Below the pieces are notes generated by a model. That model worked only from the letters and a program-made list of their open reading frames with translations. It was not told where the DNA came from and did not search any database. Of a stretch of 52,848 bases of DNA, positions 47,108 through 52,848 are shown piece by piece. The stretch is from Deltaproteobacteria bacterium (GTDB lineage Bacteria > UBA10199 > 2-02-FULL-44-16 > JAAZCA01). The DNA lies in the NCBI GenBank assembly GCA_018645265.1, contig JABGOS010000079.1:11924-64771 (forward strand), in the 5' to 3' direction. Numbering within the stretch: the stretch's first letter is position 1; each line of letters opens with the position of its first letter. Made by a program: the position numbers and the translations under genes.

Positions 47108-48031
47108 ATGCCACGTAAGAAGTTGGATGAATTTAAAGTAGGGCTTTTCGTCACTGCGGGCCTTGTAGTGGCTATGATTATAGTCTTTATGGTTGGTAGT
47201 GAGAGCCAGTTCTTCGAAAGGCGCTACACCCTATACACAAACTTCGCTACGATATCAGGTCTTCGCGTAGGCGCCCCAGTACAGCTCGCAGGTCTTAAGG
47301 TTGGATTTGTGGATGATATTCGTTTCCCAGAAGATCCAACCACAAAGGATATGTCGGTCGTCTTGAAGATTAACAGGGAGTTTCAAAAACGCATACGTTC
47401 GGACAGTATAGCGACAATTGAAACACAGGGTCTCCTGGGGGATAAATTCGTCTACATATCCGTGGGTAGTGAATCCCAGTCAGTGATACCTGATAAGGGT
47501 ATTTTGCCTGCGAAAGATGTGACGTCGATCTTCTCATTGGCCGAGAAGGCTGGTGAGATTATGGATGACATAGGCGCAGCCTCAAAGAAAGTGAATGAGA
47601 TGCTGGGATCAGTCAGTGGAAAGGGTGAGGGTGATCTGAAGGCTATTGTTTCCTCAATAAGGAAGACGGTTGAACAGATTGAAAAGGGTAAGGGACTTGC
47701 TCATGCTATTATTTACGATCCTAAGGGTGGGAAGGTAATAGCTAACCTAGCTGACACCATGAAATCTGTTAAGGGAATTATGGCCGGTGCAGAGGAGGAA
47801 TCCAAAGGTAATCTTGGGGGGCTGATCGTTAATTTAAGACACGCCTCTGATGATTTGAGAAAGATTCTGGGATCGGTTAGGAGGGGTGAGGGAACCCTTG
47901 GAAAGCTGATCATGGATCCCGCCCTCTATGATGAGCTAAGAGCTCTTTTTGGAAGAGCAAATAGAAATAAGTTGCTTCGTGCCGTGATTCGTTCAACTAT
48001 GAAGGAAAATGATAAGCGCATGTTGAAATAG
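47108..48031 (+). CDS. mlaD: MCE/MlaD family protein
   Basis: VGLFV TM, GL.VGAPV.LAG..VG.V, GLLGDK, G.GTLGKL. Confidence 0.9.
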   Translation: MPRKKLDEFKVGLFVTAGLVVAMIIVFMVGSESQFFERRYTLYTNFATISGLRVGAPVQLAGLKVGFVDDIRFPEDPTTKDMSVVLKINREFQKRIRSDSIATIETQGLLGDKFVYISVGSESQSVIPDKGILPAKDVTSIFSLAEKAGEIMDDIGAASKKVNEMLGSVSGKGEGDLKAIVSSIRKTVEQIEKGKGLAHAIIYDPKGGKVIANLADTMKSVKGIMAGAEEESKGNLGGLIVNLRHASDDLRKILGSVRRGEGTLGKLIMDPALYDELRALFGRANRNKLLRAVIRSTMKENDKRMLK

Positions 48032-48120
48032 TGACGCTTCTTTGATATCATATTCGCGAATGAAAATGACTGCAAATATACGTAAGGTTCGAGCTTGCAG
48101 CTGACAAAGAGAGGGAGGTA

Positions 48121-50220
48121 GTGATGTCGACAGAACAGAAGAATAAAAATGATTTGATGCAGATGATTGCATCTCTTCACGATGTCAAATCCTATCAGGA
48201 ACTTAGTTGGGAAGGAAGTTTCGCTGACTATCTTAAGATAGTACAAAAGAATCCCAAAGTTGCGGATACGGCATTCAAAAGATTGTACGACATGATCCTC
48301 ACCTATGGTTTTGAGGAGTATACTGAGTATAAGAAGAAGATTACTCATTATAAATTTTTCGAGGACCCCATAGATGGAGGCAAGGATGCTCTGTATGGTT
48401 TGGATCTTCCTCTTATGAAGCTCGTAAATGTTTTTCGATCAGCTGCAATGAGGTATGGAACAGAAAAACGTATTCTTCTCCTGCACGGCCCTGTTGGTGG
48501 TGCGAAATCTACGATCGTCAGGTTACTCAAGAAAGGACTCGAATCTTATTCTAAAACTCCAGATGGAGCGCTGTACGCTTTTATATGGGATAAAGGTGCC
48601 CTTGAGGATAAAGGGCTGATCTTTGGTTCAGCACAGGAGATTCCATGTCCGGTTCACGAGGACCCACTTCATCTGATTCCTTTCGAGTTGAGAAGTAAGA
48701 TTTTGCATGAGATCAACGTCAATCTCTCAGTAGAACAACGTGTCATGATAGAGGGTGATCTCTGTCCAAGCTGCAGGTATATCTACAAAGAGCTCGTGAA
48801 GCATTACCATGGTGATTGGACCAAAATAATAGATCATGTGAAGGTTAGAAGGGTGATCCTTTCTGAAAAGGATAGAGTTGGTATAGGTACCTTCCAGCCT
48901 AAGGATGAGAAGAATCAGGATTCTACTGAGCTGACTGGAGATATCAACTACAGGAAGATCGCGGAATATGGTTCCGATTCCGATCCACGCGCATTTAACT
49001 TCGATGGTGAGTTTAATATAGCTAACCGCGGTATGATCGAATTTGTCGAAGTTCTCAAGTTGGATGTGGCGTTTCTCTATGATCTTCTTGGCGCCTCCCA
49101 GGAACATAAGGTGAAACCTAAGAAATTTGCTCAGACCGACATTGATGAAGTTATAATCGGCCACACTAATGAAGCAGAATATAATAAACTCCTGAGCAAT
49201 GAGTATATGGAAGCGCTTAGGGATCGTACCGTAAAGATCGATGTTCCTTATATTACCAAGCTTCACGAGGAAGTGAAGGTGTACGAAAAGGATTACGGTC
49301 CGCATCGTGTGAGCGGAAAACATATAGCTCCACATACAATCGAGATGGCAGCGATGTGGGCAATTCTTACGAGGCTTGAGGAACCTAAAAAGGCCAACCT
49401 CACGCTCATGCAGAAATTGAAGCTGTATGATGGCAAAACATTACCCGGTTTTACCGAGGATAATGTTAAGGAACTGCGTAAAGAGGCGAGAAGAGAAGGT
49501 CTGGAAGGTATATCTCCTAGATATATACAGGATAAAGTGTCTAATGCGCTCGTATCCGATATTGCGGGCGGTTGCGTAAATCCTTTCATGGTCATCAATG
49601 AATTGGAATCCGGTTTAAAACATCACTCCCTTATCAAGAATGAGGAACAGAAAAAGCATTACAGGGAACTGCTCGCTTTGGTGAAGGAGGAGTATGAGGA
49701 TGTTGTTAAGAATGAAGTTCAGCGAGCTATTTCAGCTGATGAGGAAGCAATTTCAAGGCTGTGTGCAAACTACGTCGATAATCTCAAGGCCTATACCCAG
49801 AAGGAGAAGGTGAAAAATCCTTACACGGGTCAGTATGAAGAGCCTGACGAGAGGTTGATGCGTTCTATAGAGGAGAAGATAGATATCCCAGAGAGCAGGA
49901 AGGATGATTTTAGACGCGAGATAATGAACTACATAGGTGCGCTGTCGATCGATGGAAAGAAATTCGATTATAGAACCAATGAACGCCTACATAAGGCGCT
50001 GGAGTTGAAACTATTCGAGGATCAGAAGGATTCTATCAAACTTACAAGTCTCGTTTCGAGCGTTGTTGATAAGGATACCCAGGAAAAGATAGATGTTGTG
50101 AAGAGTAGGTTGATCAAGAACTATGGGTATTGTGAAACCTGCGCTACGGATGTGTTGAACTTCGTGGCTTCGATCTTCGCGAGGGGTGATATCAAAGAGA
50201 AAAGGCAACCCCAGAACTAG
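48121..50220 (+). CDS. prkA: PrkA/YeaG family AAA+ serine kinase
   Basis: [45 protein letters not shown]. Confidence 0.93.
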   Translation: MMSTEQKNKNDLMQMIASLHDVKSYQELSWEGSFADYLKIVQKNPKVADTAFKRLYDMILTYGFEEYTEYKKKITHYKFFEDPIDGGKDALYGLDLPLMKLVNVFRSAAMRYGTEKRILLLHGPVGGAKSTIVRLLKKGLESYSKTPDGALYAFIWDKGALEDKGLIFGSAQEIPCPVHEDPLHLIPFELRSKILHEINVNLSVEQRVMIEGDLCPSCRYIYKELVKHYHGDWTKIIDHVKVRRVILSEKDRVGIGTFQPKDEKNQDSTELTGDINYRKIAEYGSDSDPRAFNFDGEFNIANRGMIEFVEVLKLDVAFLYDLLGASQEHKVKPKKFAQTDIDEVIIGHTNEAEYNKLLSNEYMEALRDRTVKIDVPYITKLHEEVKVYEKDYGPHRVSGKHIAPHTIEMAAMWAILTRLEEPKKANLTLMQKLKLYDGKTLPGFTEDNVKELRKEARREGLEGISPRYIQDKVSNALVSDIAGGCVNPFMVINELESGLKHHSLIKNEEQKKHYRELLALVKEEYEDVVKNEVQRAISADEEAISRLCANYVDNLKAYTQKEKVKNPYTGQYEEPDERLMRSIEEKIDIPESRKDDFRREIMNYIGALSIDGKKFDYRTNERLHKALELKLFEDQKDSIKLTSLVSSVVDKDTQEKIDVVKSRLIKNYGYCETCATDVLNFVASIFARGDIKEKRQPQN

Positions 50221-50307
50221 TGAGTAGCTAAGTATAGAAAGCTTGGAGTTGATATTTTTGTTATCGCTCCTCACTTTAGGCGTAGAACTCCGAACCTAAG
50301 GACTGCA

Positions 50308-51405
50308 ATGGCTCAAAAAATTGACCAGGATGTTGGGCGCTTTAAACAGATCATAAGGGGTCGAGTTAAGAAGGAACTGCGCAAGTTTATCTCGAGTGGT
50401 GAGTTGATCGGAAAGAAGGGGAAGGATCTTGTCAGTATTCCGATACCTCGCATTGATATTCCTCATTTCGTATATGGCGATAGGGAAAAGGGCGGCGTCG
50501 GCAAGGGCGATGGAGATGTCGGAAATGGTGTGCAGCCAGGAGAGGGTGATGCTCAAGCTGGCAATGCTCCCGGTGAACATATCCTAGAAGTCGACATAAC
50601 CTTCGAGGAGCTCGCGGAGCTTCTTGGTGAGGAACTTGAGCTTCCAAGGATTGAACCTAAGGGCGTTAAGGATCTCGATACTAAGAATATCAAGTATACC
50701 GGCATGTCCTCTGCAGGTCCCGAAAGTTTACGTCATTTCAAACGCACCTATAGGAAAGCTCTCAGACGACAGATAATAAGCGGTACTTATGATCCGAAAT
50801 GTCCCGTCATAATTCCCATACATGAGGATAGGGTTTATAGGACGTGGAAGGAGATCAAGGATCCGAAGAGTCGTGCGCTTATCGTGTATATGATGGATGT
50901 TTCAGGTTCTATGGGCGATGAGCAGAAGGAGATAGTGCGGCTCGAATGTTTCTGGATTGATACTTGGATTCGTTCCCAGTACGAGGGGCTTGATGTTAAA
51001 TACATCATTCACGATGCTGTCGCACGTGAGGTGGATAAGGATACTTTTTTTCATACTCGCGAGAGCGGTGGTACGATCATCTCTTCAGCCTATAAGCTAT
51101 TTTTAAAGATCGTAGAAGAGAACTATGACGTCAGTGAGTGGAATATTTACCCCTTTCATTTCTCAGATGGCGACAACTGGTCGGGTAATGACACCGAGGA
51201 ATGTTTGAAGTTGCTTAAAACGGATATTCTGCCGATATCGAATGTATTCTGCTATGGTCAGGTTGAGAGCGAATACGGAAGCGGTCAGTTTTTAAAGGAT
51301 CTGGAGGAGAGGTTTAAGGATGACGAGCTCCTGTTAACATCCAAGATACCCAATAGGGACGAAATTGTGAATTCGATAAAGACTTTTTTGGGTAAGGGTA
51401 AATAA
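50308..51405 (+). CDS. DUF444 family protein (YeaH/YhbH, vWA-like)
   Basis: [30 protein letters not shown]. Confidence 0.92.
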   Translation: MAQKIDQDVGRFKQIIRGRVKKELRKFISSGELIGKKGKDLVSIPIPRIDIPHFVYGDREKGGVGKGDGDVGNGVQPGEGDAQAGNAPGEHILEVDITFEELAELLGEELELPRIEPKGVKDLDTKNIKYTGMSSAGPESLRHFKRTYRKALRRQIISGTYDPKCPVIIPIHEDRVYRTWKEIKDPKSRALIVYMMDVSGSMGDEQKEIVRLECFWIDTWIRSQYEGLDVKYIIHDAVAREVDKDTFFHTRESGGTIISSAYKLFLKIVEENYDVSEWNIYPFHFSDGDNWSGNDTEECLKLLKTDILPISNVFCYGQVESEYGSGQFLKDLEERFKDDELLLTSKIPNRDEIVNSIKTFLGKGK

Positions 51406-51414
51406 TAAGACGCT

Positions 51415-52848
51415 ATGAAAAAGCAAAGTTCAAATAAGAGCAGGTCATCAAAATATCAGACGCATCTTCCAGCTGATCTTGAGAAGGTCAGGAAACGGAT
51501 TGAAGGCTATGCGAAGGATTTCGGATTAGATTTCTTCGATGTTATATATGAAGTCCTTGATTGGAATCAGATCAACGAGGTAGCCTCCTATGGTGGTTTT
51601 CCCAATCGCTATCCACACTGGCGCTTCGGTATGGAGTATGAACAGCTTGCGAAGAGCTATTCGTATGGCTTATCTAAGATCTATGAGATGGTGATCAATA
51701 ATGATCCTTGCTTCGCCTATCTTCTCTATTCGAACAGTATGGTTGATCAGAAACTTGTCATGGCGCATGTCTATGCCCATTGCGATTTTTTCAAGAACAA
51801 TCTCTACTTTGCCCATACCAACCGTAAGATGATGGATGAGATGGCAAACCATAAGACGCGCATCATGAGGTATATCGACGAACATGGGCAGGATAAGGTT
51901 GAGAGTTTTATAGATTCCTGTTTGGCGATTGAGAATCTTATTGATTATCACGCACCTGCTATAAAGAGAACGAGAGCTCCTGGCGGTGATATAGGAGCGA
52001 GAAGGCCAGTCAGAAAGCTCAGGGCTGATCGGCAGTATATGGACAAGTATATCAATCCCAGTAAGTTTATGGATGAACAGCAGGAGCAGATCGATAAGGA
52101 AGTGCAGATGGAGAAACAGTTCCCAGAACATCCTCAGAAGGATGTGCTGCTCTTTCTGCTCGAATATTCTCCGCTGGATAATTGGGAGAGGGATATCCTG
52201 TCAATAATTCGCGAAGAGGCCTATTATTTTGCCCCTCAGGGGCAGACGAAGATAATGAATGAGGGTTGGGCTAGTTACTGGCATTCAAAGATTATGACTC
52301 AGAAGGTGCTCACCGATGCTGAGATTATCGATTATGCCGACCATCACTCAGGCACTGTAGCTATGGGGCCAACGAGGATCAATCCCTATAAGATAGGTTT
52401 GGAACTCATGAGGGATATTGAGGAGCGTTGGAATACCGGGCGTTTTGGCAAGGAGTATGATGAATGTGATAATATGGTTGAAAAGGCTCACTGGGATAAG
52501 AAGCTTGGCCTAGGTCGTGAGAAGATATTCGAAATTAGAAGGCTGTATAATGACATCATGTTTATCGATGAATTTCTAACGCCGGAGTTCTGTGCGAAGC
52601 ATAACCTGTTCATTTATGCCTATAACGTATCGTCAGAACAGTATGAAGTTGCGAGCCGTGAATTCGAAAAAATTAAGAAACAGTTCTTATTTCAATTAAC
52701 GAATTTTGGTCAACCTATCATTAACGTTGTCGATGGCAACTTTAGGAATAGGGGAGAACTTCTTATTAAGCATACCCACGAGGGTGTTGATCTGAAATAT
52801 AGCTATGCCTGTGAAACGCTTAAGATGCTATATCAGATATGGCGACGT
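51415..52848 (+). CDS. spoVR: SpoVR/YcgB family protein, partial (runs off window end; missing from ORF track)
   Basis: ATG 51415; encodes GGFPNRYPHWRFGMEY, KIYEMVINNDP, AHVYAHCDFFKNN, YFAPQGQTKIMNEGWASYWH; follows prkA-yeaH. Confidence 0.93.
   Translation, partial: MKKQSSNKSRSSKYQTHLPADLEKVRKRIEGYAKDFGLDFFDVIYEVLDWNQINEVASYGGFPNRYPHWRFGMEYEQLAKSYSYGLSKIYEMVINNDPCFAYLLYSNSMVDQKLVMAHVYAHCDFFKNNLYFAHTNRKMMDEMANHKTRIMRYIDEHGQDKVESFIDSCLAIENLIDYHAPAIKRTRAPGGDIGARRPVRKLRADRQYMDKYINPSKFMDEQQEQIDKEVQMEKQFPEHPQKDVLLFLLEYSPLDNWERDILSIIREEAYYFAPQGQTKIMNEGWASYWHSKIMTQKVLTDAEIIDYADHHSGTVAMGPTRINPYKIGLELMRDIEERWNTGRFGKEYDECDNMVEKAHWDKKLGLGREKIFEIRRLYNDIMFIDEFLTPEFCAKHNLFIYAYNVSSEQYEVASREFEKIKKQFLFQLTNFGQPIINVVDGNFRNRGELLIKHTHEGVDLKYSYACETLKMLYQIWRR

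Noticed and set aside
51670-52131. 153-aa minus-strand ORF and other short antisense or nested ORFs in the track
   Set aside because: Shadows of well-supported genes (here spoVR on the + strand)
1-52848. CRISPR array, rRNA, IS element or prophage
   Set aside because: No regularly spaced repeats, rRNA-like sequence, transposase, integrase or phage structural genes recognised

Overview
Bacterial chromosomal window, most consistent with an uncultured deltaproteobacterium or Myxococcota-like organism (inference from gene content: GGC-type C-terminal sorting motif, CGDG cysteine-rich repeat, FHA/PEGA/TPR and PP2C proteins, stand-alone SctV/FlhA-family gene). The housekeeping backbone includes uppP, menA, rarA, recN, pmbA, secA, bioY, birA, yggS, mlaEFD and prkA-yeaH-spoVR. 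A divergent metabolic block pairs birA-oadGAB (Na+-pumping carboxylase/decarboxylase) with aconitase-aclBA (ATP citrate lyase). The main observations are: (1) a tRNA-Val / pseudo-tRNA-Asp / tRNA-Asp cluster in which the pseudo copy has a TCCCGCC-N5-GGCGGGA hairpin replacing part of its T-arm, directly followed by a small GIY-YIG nuclease; (2) a shared promoter-like motif (GCAAC-N16-18-CGATAA, sigma28-like -10) in front of scattered orphan genes that lack signal peptides, with two of these loci also carrying a GTATACC-NN-GGTATAC palindrome at identical spacing, in a window that also holds a lone type III export-gate gene (candidate dispersed effector regulon); (3) a subtilase fused through a sorting signal and a second signal peptide to a TPR/beta-barrel protein; (4) structured intergenic elements (aconitase leader, heptamer-periodic hairpin). 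All product calls come from motif recognition by eye; no searches were run.
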